Positions 39,090 through 48,523 of a stretch of DNA of 64,000 nt are shown here, piece by piece. This DNA comes from Woeseiaceae bacterium (GTDB lineage Bacteria > Pseudomonadota > Gammaproteobacteria > Steroidobacterales > Woeseiaceae). Position numbers and translations under genes: made by a program. Location: NCBI GenBank assembly GCA_028277185.1, contig JANQGQ010000026.1:1-64000 (forward strand), written 5' to 3'. Under the pieces are notes generated by a model, which was not told the origin of the DNA, ran no database searches, and saw only the letters and a program-made list of their open reading frames with translations. The stretch's first letter is position 1. Every line of letters begins with the position of its first letter.

Positions 39090-39752
39090 TCAGTCGTAGC
39101 GTACGATGAAGTTCGGTTGTGCGTACTCGACGTCGTCACGGCCGGGCAGCATTTCGACCAGACTGATCGTAAGCGCGTTGACGTCGATCGACAGCGCCAG
39201 CTCCCCGGAAGGTAATCGCCGGGAAATCACCGGATAGTCGAAGCCCCTGATCAAAGGTTCTGCAAGTTCGGTCAGTGCCGGGTCCGGCTGGCGGCTGGCC
39301 GTCGGCGACATTCGCTCGAGCGCGGCGAAGCTTTGGCTGCCGTCGAGGAACGAAACGAGGACCTCCTCCCGGGCACGAGGAGAACTGCGATCCCCGGAGC
39401 TTCGATGGCACTCCGCCACGTCCGGTGCCTGGGAAACGTGCTCTTCGAGTGCGGTCAGCAGTTCGTCCGGGCGCACTTCGAGGATCAGCTCGCGACCGGA
39501 CGTGATGCGGGCTGCTTCGAACGGGATACCCGTTTCCTTCGAGAGTGCGGCGGCGAAGCGGTTGATCTCGCTGTTGAGTTCGCCGCCCTTGCTCAGCGAA
39601 TCGCCGATAACTTCGCCGATGCGTTCGTCACTCGAGAATTTGACGATGACTTCGGCGACGAACCCGGACTGCTGCGGTTCGTCGTTCGCCATCGAGCAGC
39701 CGCATACGGCCATTGCGAGAGCAGTCCCCGAAATCACTACCCAGTTAAACAT
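39090..39752 (-). CDS. Secreted protein ending in a subtilase-prodomain-like segment (…DVEYAQPNFIVRYD)
   Basis: Signal peptide. The C-terminal motif is almost identical to the prodomain end of the adjacent S8 protease (…DVEYAQPNYIVEIA). Overlaps the upstream gene by 8 nt. Confidence 0.5.
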   Translation of the reverse strand: MFNWVVISGTALAMAVCGCSMANDEPQQSGFVAEVIVKFSSDERIGEVIGDSLSKGGELNSEINRFAAALSKETGIPFEAARITSGRELILEVRPDELLTALEEHVSQAPDVAECHRSSGDRSSPRAREEVLVSFLDGSQSFAALERMSPTASRQPDPALTELAEPLIRGFDYPVISRRLPSGELALSIDVNALTISLVEMLPGRDDVEYAQPNFIVRYD

Positions 39753-40269
39753 GGCTTTGCGGCGCGCGTGGCGGCCGGCTCCAGAAAAAAAGAAAAGCGA
39801 TTGTCGCCACGGCCATCAATCCCTCGCCGATCCATTCGTGAGCGAAGGCGAACTGCCACGGCGAATAGACGCCTACATAATATAGACCGATCAGGCGCAG
39901 CGAGTTCAGAACGGCCAGCAGCAGCGTCCCGAGAGCGACGCCGGCTATCGCCTTGCCGGCCGGCATCGGCAGGGCGATGAGGAAGGCCGCAAGCACGAGT
40001 GCGGGTATCAGCACGGTGCAGCGATATCCGATCTGGATGCCGAAGCCCGTCGGATGGTGCAGCGTGGTGCCGTCGAGCGCCGCGGGCAGACCGATGGCGT
40101 TGAGCGACCAGTGAGTCGTCGCCGCCGTCGGGAGGTCGAGCAAGGCGACGACACCATGCTCGCCGCCGCCCGCAAGCAGTATCGCGCTCAGTGCCAGACA
40201 CAGCGCAGTTGTCAGGCGCCCCGGCGGAGGAATCCACGTCGCAGGTTGCCGAATCTCCGACGCTGCCAC
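39745..40269 (-). CDS. Short polytopic membrane protein, exosortase/archaeosortase-like (candidate sorting enzyme)
   Basis: 5-6 TM helices with a Cys (YRCTV), an Asn-x-x-Arg motif (LNSLRLIG) and a His (FAHEWIGEG) in the order seen in exosortases. At 174 aa it is shorter than classical EpsH. Starts 2 nt after the S8 stop. Confidence 0.4.
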   Translation of the reverse strand: MAASEIRQPATWIPPPGRLTTALCLALSAILLAGGGEHGVVALLDLPTAATTHWSLNAIGLPAALDGTTLHHPTGFGIQIGYRCTVLIPALVLAAFLIALPMPAGKAIAGVALGTLLLAVLNSLRLIGLYYVGVYSPWQFAFAHEWIGEGLMAVATIAFLFFWSRPPRAPQSHV

Positions 40270-40271
40270 GC

Positions 40272-42107
40272 TCAGGTCGCCGCCGTCTGACGGATCCTCC
40301 GGAAGTAAAGGGCGACCAGCGCTGCCAACAAAAGAACGAGCAGCAGGCCGGACAGGACCGATCCGACGGCGACGTCGGACGTTGCACGAACCGCGGCTCC
40401 GCTACCGGGCGCTTCGATCGTGATCTGCGCGCTGCCCCTGGTGATTGCGGTGACAGTCGAGGATGCGTTGCCCGATGCGTCGGTTGTGGCCGTGTTCGGT
40501 GAAACGGTTATGACCGCGGTGTTCGATGACGTGAAGCTCACGGTTTCTCCGGCTATGCCGGAGCCGCCGGCTTCCAGGCTCACGGTAAGCGTTTCGCTGT
40601 CGCCGTTTCGCAATCGCATGTTGCCGGGCGCGGTCAACGATGGCGGTCCGCCGCTCACGCCCAGGGCAGCAGCGGCATCGAGCAGACCGGCGCCGCAAGG
40701 CTCAGGGCACTGCGCCGCCGAGCGTGGCATTGCGGTGCTCTTGAGCGTCGCTTCGACTTGCTGCGGCGTCAGGGTATCGTCCGCGGCGAGCATCAGTGCC
40801 GCGACGCCCGCTACGTGCGGCGATGCCATCGACGTGCCGTTATAGAAGGCATAGCCGCCCTGCACGGTGCTCAGTACGCCGCCCGAGGGATTGCCCTGCG
40901 TGTCGCCCCCCGGCGCCAGGATGTCGATGGTGTTGCCGAAGTTCGAATACCTCGTCACTAGCTCGCCGTTCCGATTCCCCGCGGCAACCGTGATTACGCC
41001 GTCGCAGCTTGCCGGCATTGCGTTGGCCGCATCCTTCGCATCGTTGCCCGCCGCCACGACAACGGTAACTCCCCTGGCGACGACGTCATTGATCGCGGCC
41101 TGTGTGGCCGGTGAGCTCGAGCACGGAATCCCGGCGCCGAGACTCATGTTGATGACTTGCGCGGGATTCGGGTTGGCGGGCGTGCCCGGCACGGGCATGC
41201 CGGCGGCCCAGCGCACGGCGTCGTTGATGTCGCCGACGTTGCCGCCGCACTTGCCGAGCACGCGGACGCTCACGACGCCTCCCTGCCAGCTCACGCCGGC
41301 GATGCCGGTGCTGTCGTTGCTGTTGGTGACGCCGACCGTGCCGGCGACGTGCGTGCCGTGCCAGCTATCGCCGCGCGCTGGATTGATGAAGAGCGGCGGG
41401 CACTCACCGGCTGCGACGGCGTCCCCTTCATCGGTCGGATCGGCGTCGCGGCCGTCGCCGTCCTGCGACGTAAACGTGCTCGTGATCATGTCGTAGCCGC
41501 CGAGCTGAGTCGGCGAACTCGCAATGTCCGGGTGATTCGGCAGGATGCCGGTATCGATAACCGCGACGACGACGCCGGCATCGCCGGTCGTCACGTCCCA
41601 CGCCCGCGGCAGGTTTATGCCGCCCGCTGCCTGTCCGGAGCCGGTGCCGTTGTTGAAGTAGTGCCACTGCTGTGCATAGCCCGGATCTATAGGCTCGGCG
41701 GCGATCTCGACGATGTAATTTGGCTGTGCATACTCGACGTCGCCCCGTTCGGAGAGTCGTTTCGCGAGGTCCGCAGCCGAACGCGTCGCTTCCTCTACGG
41801 CAGCGGCCGTCGCGTAATCCTCACCGAGCGTAAAGATCATCTCGCCGCCCGAAGTCCGCGTGAGATTCGCCTCCCCGACGCCCATCGCCTCGAGCTGCGG
41901 TCCCGTCATCGGGTCCGCGCCTTCCTTGAACTTGACGATCACCTGGCCGGGTTCCCAGCGAACCTGCCGTTCCGCGTCGAGGACGACGTTCATCGCTTCG
42001 GTCGCTTCGGCGACGATTTCGATCTCTTGCGCGTCTGCCCCCGGGAATCCAAACGCTGTCGACGCAAGCAGCGTAGCGGTCAGGCGGCATATAGTTTTTG
42101 TATTCAT
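40272..42107 (-). CDS. Subtilisin-like serine protease (S8) with an N-terminal prodomain and a C-terminal TM helix plus Arg cluster (sorting-signal-like tail)
   Basis: Signal peptide (MNTKTICRLTATLLASTAFG), catalytic motifs (DTGI, HGTHVAG, GTSMASPHVAG), and a C-terminus …VAVGSVLSGLLLVLLLAALVALYFRRIRQTAAT. AAGGGGG SD before the ATG at 42105-42107. Confidence 0.75.
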   Translation of the reverse strand: MNTKTICRLTATLLASTAFGFPGADAQEIEIVAEATEAMNVVLDAERQVRWEPGQVIVKFKEGADPMTGPQLEAMGVGEANLTRTSGGEMIFTLGEDYATAAAVEEATRSAADLAKRLSERGDVEYAQPNYIVEIAAEPIDPGYAQQWHYFNNGTGSGQAAGGINLPRAWDVTTGDAGVVVAVIDTGILPNHPDIASSPTQLGGYDMITSTFTSQDGDGRDADPTDEGDAVAAGECPPLFINPARGDSWHGTHVAGTVGVTNSNDSTGIAGVSWQGGVVSVRVLGKCGGNVGDINDAVRWAAGMPVPGTPANPNPAQVINMSLGAGIPCSSSPATQAAINDVVARGVTVVVAAGNDAKDAANAMPASCDGVITVAAGNRNGELVTRYSNFGNTIDILAPGGDTQGNPSGGVLSTVQGGYAFYNGTSMASPHVAGVAALMLAADDTLTPQQVEATLKSTAMPRSAAQCPEPCGAGLLDAAAALGVSGGPPSLTAPGNMRLRNGDSETLTVSLEAGGSGIAGETVSFTSSNTAVITVSPNTATTDASGNASSTVTAITRGSAQITIEAPGSGAAVRATSDVAVGSVLSGLLLVLLLAALVALYFRRIRQTAAT

Positions 42108-42154
42108 TTCGAACCCCCTTCGTCCTGTCGTTGTAGTTCGCGTCTGCCGCAAGC

Positions 42155-43780
42155 TCAGTCGCCGGGTGTAGTGGCGAAGCCCTGCTGACTGACCCAATCT
42201 CTCATCTCGAAGAGCAGAGGATCCTCCCGATCCTCGAACTCGATCTGTACAGCGCCTTCGAACCATCCCGTTACGCGTCGGCGCAACAGCGCCTCGGCGG
42301 ACTCGAGCGCCCGTCGGCGAACGCGCCGCTCGACGTTTTCCACCGATGTGTTGATGCTGCGGGTGACGAAGGAGCCAAGGTTTTCGTCGACCTTTTCCTG
42401 CGGACCCTCTTCCCATGCCTTCTTGCTGCCGGTCTGTACGACGAAACTCGTCCGGCGATCGCTGGACAGCCGCGCAGGCCTCTTGAGCCGCACCGTGGCC
42501 GTGGTTTCGCCGGCGAACGGCCGCGGCGGTCGAACGGCGGTCGGTGCCACGGCGCTGCCATATACGATGTTGGTGACGTCACGCTGAAGGTAGAGCCCCT
42601 CCTGATCGAACCAGTACCAGGGGCGCCAGGCCGTATCCATGCCGAACATCGTCGAAATGGTCACCTGAATAGCCCCGAGCCCGGCCGCGTCGGCGAGCAA
42701 TGCGGATTCCTCGGCGCCCCATGTCCTGAGCCGTAAACGTGCAGTCTCGATTTCCTGCGCCAGGTTGCCGGCGACGGTCGCCGCGGCGTTCGGATCGAAT
42801 CCGCTTATCTCCACCGGCGCGATTCCGTCAGGCTCCACGCCGGCCATCGCCGCGGCCCCTTCATGCGGCAGGATGTCCTGCGCCGAGAGCCAGACGCGCT
42901 GTCCCATCAGCTCGGTGAGCTCGGCCTGACCCGTCGTAATGGTCTCCGCCGAGCGTTGCCAGGCCGCCGTCAGTAACTCGCGCCAACAGACCGGTTGATC
43001 GGCCGCGGCGACCTCGGGCGTTCCGGGTTCCGGCGGTTGCGCGATACAGGCTCCGGTGACCGCGTCGACGAGCGTGGCCGCAGCGAACTGCGCCTGCTTC
43101 ATATGAACGAGTTTCACGCCGTCGCGATCGAGTACTTCCCATACCTCCTGTTTCAGTAGCGTTCGCTGGGCACCGTCCTCGTTCTTGCGCATACAGGAAC
43201 GTGTGTGAACGGCGGGTTGAGCCTGCGACCCCAGCGGATGCATCGCGAGGATCTTCGCGGGAGGAAACGCAATACCGGACAAATCGTCCAGAGCCGATCC
43301 GCTGCCCCTGCGCGCGGTCACCTGGCGTTCGAGGTTCTCGCGAAACTCAGCGAACGACGGGTAGCCGATCGCGATCTCGTAAGAGTGCACGCAGTACCGG
43401 AACGACTTGATGCTGACCTCGGCGCCAGTCTCTGAATACAGCGCAGCGTACAGGTCGGTGTTGTCGATCTGCCGGTCGAGGATTCGGGGAAGCGAGTACT
43501 CCTTGCGGTTCGAGCCGGTTTCCGGGTAGGTGATCCAGAGGAGGTCGACGCCGGCAACGCTCGTTACGAGCTGGTCGTTGGCTTCGAAGCCTTCGACGCG
43601 TGAGATAGTGAACGAATCGAATTCCGCGGTGCTTTTGAAGAACGACAAGATTGCCTTGCCGATCGACCAGGCCAGCACGCCGAGCAGGATCACGATCAGC
43701 AACGTCACCCAATTGATGACGTTCTCGAACCGGTTGAGAATCGTGGAGGGCAGGGGCATTGGGGTCTCCTGATCAGTCAA
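42155..43780 (-). CDS. Hypothetical membrane-anchored protein (541 aa)
   Basis: One N-terminal TM segment; its start overlaps the upstream gene by 8 nt (operon). Confidence 0.5.
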   Translation of the reverse strand: MTDQETPMPLPSTILNRFENVINWVTLLIVILLGVLAWSIGKAILSFFKSTAEFDSFTISRVEGFEANDQLVTSVAGVDLLWITYPETGSNRKEYSLPRILDRQIDNTDLYAALYSETGAEVSIKSFRYCVHSYEIAIGYPSFAEFRENLERQVTARRGSGSALDDLSGIAFPPAKILAMHPLGSQAQPAVHTRSCMRKNEDGAQRTLLKQEVWEVLDRDGVKLVHMKQAQFAAATLVDAVTGACIAQPPEPGTPEVAAADQPVCWRELLTAAWQRSAETITTGQAELTELMGQRVWLSAQDILPHEGAAAMAGVEPDGIAPVEISGFDPNAAATVAGNLAQEIETARLRLRTWGAEESALLADAAGLGAIQVTISTMFGMDTAWRPWYWFDQEGLYLQRDVTNIVYGSAVAPTAVRPPRPFAGETTATVRLKRPARLSSDRRTSFVVQTGSKKAWEEGPQEKVDENLGSFVTRSINTSVENVERRVRRRALESAEALLRRRVTGWFEGAVQIEFEDREDPLLFEMRDWVSQQGFATTPGD

Positions 43781-45044
43781 ACGGCAGCGTGAACATGCCG
43801 CTCTCGAATTCGGCGTCGGCCTTTTGCCGGCGAATGAGGGCGAGTACCGATCCCGACCTGAAATCGCCGTCCGCGACAGTGTTCAGCCGTTGTTGCAGTT
43901 CCCGGGCTTTGTCGCCGCTCGAGCCGAATCGAATGCGTTCGTAGCCGTTGACGAATTCAGCGCTCCGCCCGGCGGCAAGCGCTCCTTCGAGGCCGGTGAG
44001 CAGCACGTAGCGGTAGGCCCGGCCGTCGTCCGACGTTCCCGGCGTTGCGGCAAGGCCCGCGGCGCGGCGAAACTCTGCCCATGGCCCGCTGACCCGGCCG
44101 TTACGATGCGAGCCGAGAACGACCTGACATCCTGCAGAGGAGTAATACGGCGGTGAATTGCGGCCGTAGAAGTGCGCGGCATGAATATTGTCCGCCGGCC
44201 GCCCCACCTCCCAGCCTTCGGACGGATCGTTGCTTTTGTATATCAGATCGTTGCCGGTACGGACGACGACGACCCTATCGGCCTCCCGAAAAGCCCCGTG
44301 CTGCGGGTTGCTGCTGTTGGCGCGGTGGGTGCCGACGGAGTACCGGTACATACCGGTAGGCAGCAGGTTGCATCCTGCTATCGCGTACCGGTACAGGAAC
44401 ATGTACGACACTTCGGGCACGGTCGAGCCGGGAAAGAGCCGCAGTCTGTCGGCTTCCCGGTCCCAGACGCCGAGTACGCAACGCGGTGCCATGTGATTGG
44501 GCAGGGTCCATTTCAGCGGATGCGACGGCGCCCAGGCGGTCGCATCGTCAGTATTCGGGATGAGGCAGCCGCGAAGGCCGAACAGGACCCTGGGGTTGCT
44601 GCCGAGGTCGTGGAAATGGTTTCTCTCGATCAGGAACTTCAGGGTGTCCAGCGATAGCTCGAAATCCTCAGCGGGCGGCGAGTACGCGCCGAGATGCGCG
44701 TAGTCGTTGGACTCGGCAAGCGGTGCCCACGCTGGCGGTTCGCGATCGGGTTTACGCCACCACAGGCGGTTCTCGCGAATGTCGTTGATGATCTCACCCA
44801 TGATCTGGAAGCCGGGATCGACCGACAACGGATTCCAGGCCGCCGCGTGCTCTTCGCCTGACTGGCCGTGCGCCGATGCCGCAAAGCCCGCGGCGCCGCT
44901 TGACGGGACACCCAGACGGTCGGATTCCTGAATGAGGAAGCGAATGAGCTCCTCGTCGTCGCCCGGCGAATGACAGTCCGCGCGTGACGCGGACAAGGGT
45001 ATCGATGCGGCGACGAGGGCCTCGAGAAAGCGTCGTCTGTCCAT
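43773..45044 (-). CDS. Hypothetical Tat-secreted protein (423 aa)
   Basis: Twin-arginine motif (MDRRRFLEALVAASIP); no recognised domain. Confidence 0.5.
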   Translation of the reverse strand: MDRRRFLEALVAASIPLSASRADCHSPGDDEELIRFLIQESDRLGVPSSGAAGFAASAHGQSGEEHAAAWNPLSVDPGFQIMGEIINDIRENRLWWRKPDREPPAWAPLAESNDYAHLGAYSPPAEDFELSLDTLKFLIERNHFHDLGSNPRVLFGLRGCLIPNTDDATAWAPSHPLKWTLPNHMAPRCVLGVWDREADRLRLFPGSTVPEVSYMFLYRYAIAGCNLLPTGMYRYSVGTHRANSSNPQHGAFREADRVVVVRTGNDLIYKSNDPSEGWEVGRPADNIHAAHFYGRNSPPYYSSAGCQVVLGSHRNGRVSGPWAEFRRAAGLAATPGTSDDGRAYRYVLLTGLEGALAAGRSAEFVNGYERIRFGSSGDKARELQQRLNTVADGDFRSGSVLALIRRQKADAEFESGMFTLPFD

Positions 45045-45395
45045 TGCTGCCTCTGTAGTCGGCGAACGAACTGCCGGGATCCGGCCGAACCCGCCTGGCG
45101 ATTGTCGTCGCGCTGCTTCAGGCAGGTACCGGCCCGCGTTAACTATATGTGGCCTAAGGGGACCGTATTAATCGTTGTTCTGTTTGGCCAGCTCGAAATT
45201 CTTGCGAGTTCAATTGCGCCGGCAGGACCACATACCCAGCATTATAGACCGTGTTCAGGGGACAAACTGTGAAAAAAACCGTCCCGAGGGGGCATATTGC
45301 GCGCCTCGACCCAAAGACCGGACTATACTTAAGGCAGCGGCACGAATTCGTCACAATAAAACCAAATACGCTATCCCGGCGGGAGGTGACCAGCT

Positions 45396-48300
45396 ATGCG
45401 TCACGGGCGTTTCATCGGTGTCATCGCTATTCTGATCGGTCTGTTTCCGACCGCTTTCCCTACTCAGGCCCAGGAGGGGCGGATCGAGCCGACGGGCTTC
45501 GAAACGATGATCAGGCAGAGCCTGCAGAAGGGGTCCGCGCCCGGCAACTACATTGTCATCGCGCCGGCCTTCGAACGCGACGGAGTATTCATCGCCGACG
45601 ACAGCGGCGAGATCTACGTCTACGAACCCGATCCTCCCTACGACCAGCGCCGCCTGGTCAGAAACCCGGTAAGGCTGGCGAGCTTCGACGCCTGGTCGAA
45701 AGGCGTGTTCGATCCGCGTGGCCTGGCAATAGTCCGGGACAAGCTCTATTTCTTCGATGGCGAAACGCGTCGGCTGTGGTCCTTCGATCTCTGGGAGGCA
45801 GATAGCCAGAAACCGCAGCCTTTCGAGACACGCCTTCAGGACCCGACTTACATGGCGGTTTCACCGGACGGCGTCGCGGCGGTCACCGACTCGGGCAAGC
45901 TCCTGTTCCTGCAGGAAGACGCGGAGGCGTTCGTATTCGAAGGCAGGCGCTTCCCCGCCCCGGCGGGACTGGCGTTCTCCGATTTTGACAAGCTGCACGT
46001 CCTCGACAGGGAACTCAACGCCGTCGTCACCATTACGTTCAACCGCCGGACGGACGGCCGGATTCGGGTTCTTTCCGAGGAGCAGTCGGTCATCCTCCCG
46101 CGCGAGGACAGTCAATGGCAGGCGATGACGGTTTACGACGGCATCGTATATCTCGCCGATCAGGAGCGCGTGTACGCGTACTTCGAGGCCGAGGGAAAGT
46201 TGGTCCCGGTCGTCTCGGGCTGGTCGCGCTATTACAACATCAAGGACATCGCGCTTTCGGAATCCGGGCTTTTCGTGCTCGACGGGACCGCACTCGAATT
46301 CGTACCGCGTGCCGAGCCCGTGGACCTCGTGCTCGATGGCGACGTTACGAGCAGCCAGAACGCGCTGACCAGCCTCTATGAGTATCTGTTCTGGCGCGAT
46401 ATGTTGCCGACGAAGCGCATCCGTGCCCGCAAACAGTACGATTCCGTTCAGGACTTTCTTTTCGATTACGGTGCCATGATCGCGCCGCCGGAGTATGCCG
46501 AGCCCGACGTCCGCTTCGTGTTCAACCGGGAGCAGAAATCCGCCTACCAGCTTCAGGGGAACGAGCTGTCGCGATTCGATCTGCGCGAGCAGCGCCTGAA
46601 TCGAAACGAGTACCATGAAAGCGACACCGATTTCCTGGTCTGTACGCTCAACGAGGCTCAATGCGGGCAGCGGGTCGTCGAGCAGAACACGGTACTGGAA
46701 ATACCCGACCTGACGATCGAGCGGCGGCTGGGGCGCAAGCGGATCGAGCTGCAGCGGCCCCTTGGCAGCTACATCGAAGAGCTTGTCTACGACAGAACCT
46801 TTCGCGATGCCATCAGTCCGGCGTTCATCAAGCGGCTGAACCCGCCGCTCAGGGATCTTGACGATGCGGAGGTCTACGCCGTGCGAAGCGGTACGGCCGT
46901 CGTTCCCGTCGAGCAATGGCTCGTGACGGTCGCGGTGCCCAGGGCCGAGTTCGAAGACTTCGATTCCGAGCTCTGGAGCATCGTTGCGGGCCACGACGGC
47001 GTTGACCTTCTGCCGCGCAGGGGCATTTCGGCGAAGGCGGCTGCGCTCACGACAATGGACCACCATGGCGGCGCGGCCGGCGGCGGTTCGGCAACGGATC
47101 ATTGCGCCATGCTGGCCGAAGAGCACAAGGCGTGGTTCCAGGCGATCAACTACCCTAAGAATTCGGCTGGCAAGTTGCTCTGGCCGGATATAGCCGACAA
47201 GCGGGTGCGTATCGGCGTTCTCGAGAAGAGATCGACGCTGCTCGATTCGCATCAGATCTTTGGCCTCGACCCGGGCCGGCCGACGTGGCATTCCTTCAAC
47301 GTACTCTCCGAGCTGGTGCCGAATCCGGCACCGACGTCCTACAACAGCGGCACGCAGGCCGTACTGGACAGCGATGAGTACTCGAGCAGCGCCAATCACG
47401 GGACGCACGTGTCCGGGATCATCGCGGGCCGCGACGGCAACTGCTGGTCCGGGCTCTTGCCCAGCGCCCGGCTCACGCTGATCGACTTGACCAACGAGTC
47501 GAGCATGCCGAGAGAAATCAGGAAGGCTGTCGACGAGGACGTCAGGGTCTTCAACGTCAGCTACTCGTGGCCAGCCAATGAAGCGACGCTGTTCAACGAG
47601 ATCAGGACGTTCGACGACGCGCTGTGGGTTGTCGCCGCGGGCAACGACGGCGAGGATCTCGACGCCGTGGCCGAGGCCTCCGTTCCGGTCCCCGCTATCT
47701 GGGGCGATCGGCCAAACGTCGTTACGGTCACGGCGTCCGACGCGAACGGTCTGATTCTCGAACACGTAGTAACCCCGGAGGGACCGATTCCCGGCGCCAA
47801 TCGCGGCAAGAAGTTCGTGGACCTCGTCGCGCCCGGCATGGACATCTACAGCGCCAGCGAACAAATGAAGTACGGTCCCGCAACCGGGACCTCTCAGGCA
47901 GCGCCGCAGGTTGCCGCTGCCGCGGCGTTGCTCGTCGACTGGCTCGGAGAGCGGCTGCCGCCGGGCGATGCGAAGGCGCGGCTCATCGCCACGGCCGACT
48001 GGCTGCCGTCGTATGAAGGCAAGGTCTGGGGCGGGCGCCTGAATTTCGGTGCGGCCGTGATGTATCCGGACCGCAGCCTGCTGCAAACGAAAACGGGCGT
48101 TCAGACCGGCGAGTTTCACTCCATCGAGCCGTCCAACAACCCGAAGATCCGGATCGAAAACGTAACGCAGTACTACGAGAGGGACACCGATTCCGGCGAG
48201 GAGGCGCCCGAGCTCATCAGGTTCCGGAACATTCTGTCGCTGCGCCGGCACACAGACGGAAGCTATCGGGTGGTGTTGCGCGAGAGGGGCACGAACAAAC

Positions 48301-48503
48301 TCAAGATCATCCTCGACGCTCAGTTGGCCGACGTCCCGGGCACTTTCGGTTCGGGAAGAATCCAGTGTCAGAGCTATGAGAAGTACAACGAGGCTACCGG
48401 CGTCTTCGAGGACAGCGAAGGCTGCGCTGCCGGCATCTCGGTAACCCAGATCGAGAATTATGTGCAGGGCGGTCGGTATCAGATCGAATGGGGCTCGGAA
48501 TGA
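45396..48503 (+). CDS. Large secreted S8 subtilase (1035 aa) with a roughly 640-aa N-terminal region of unknown function
   Basis: Signal peptide. Subtilase motifs appear only in the C-terminal third (NHGTHVSGIIAG, GTSQAAPQVAAAAALL). Confidence 0.75.
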   Translation: MRHGRFIGVIAILIGLFPTAFPTQAQEGRIEPTGFETMIRQSLQKGSAPGNYIVIAPAFERDGVFIADDSGEIYVYEPDPPYDQRRLVRNPVRLASFDAWSKGVFDPRGLAIVRDKLYFFDGETRRLWSFDLWEADSQKPQPFETRLQDPTYMAVSPDGVAAVTDSGKLLFLQEDAEAFVFEGRRFPAPAGLAFSDFDKLHVLDRELNAVVTITFNRRTDGRIRVLSEEQSVILPREDSQWQAMTVYDGIVYLADQERVYAYFEAEGKLVPVVSGWSRYYNIKDIALSESGLFVLDGTALEFVPRAEPVDLVLDGDVTSSQNALTSLYEYLFWRDMLPTKRIRARKQYDSVQDFLFDYGAMIAPPEYAEPDVRFVFNREQKSAYQLQGNELSRFDLREQRLNRNEYHESDTDFLVCTLNEAQCGQRVVEQNTVLEIPDLTIERRLGRKRIELQRPLGSYIEELVYDRTFRDAISPAFIKRLNPPLRDLDDAEVYAVRSGTAVVPVEQWLVTVAVPRAEFEDFDSELWSIVAGHDGVDLLPRRGISAKAAALTTMDHHGGAAGGGSATDHCAMLAEEHKAWFQAINYPKNSAGKLLWPDIADKRVRIGVLEKRSTLLDSHQIFGLDPGRPTWHSFNVLSELVPNPAPTSYNSGTQAVLDSDEYSSSANHGTHVSGIIAGRDGNCWSGLLPSARLTLIDLTNESSMPREIRKAVDEDVRVFNVSYSWPANEATLFNEIRTFDDALWVVAAGNDGEDLDAVAEASVPVPAIWGDRPNVVTVTASDANGLILEHVVTPEGPIPGANRGKKFVDLVAPGMDIYSASEQMKYGPATGTSQAAPQVAAAAALLVDWLGERLPPGDAKARLIATADWLPSYEGKVWGGRLNFGAAVMYPDRSLLQTKTGVQTGEFHSIEPSNNPKIRIENVTQYYERDTDSGEEAPELIRFRNILSLRRHTDGSYRVVLRERGTNKLKIILDAQLADVPGTFGSGRIQCQSYEKYNEATGVFEDSEGCAAGISVTQIENYVQGGRYQIEWGSE

Positions 48504-48523
48504 GTACGTAAAGGCGACGGGAA

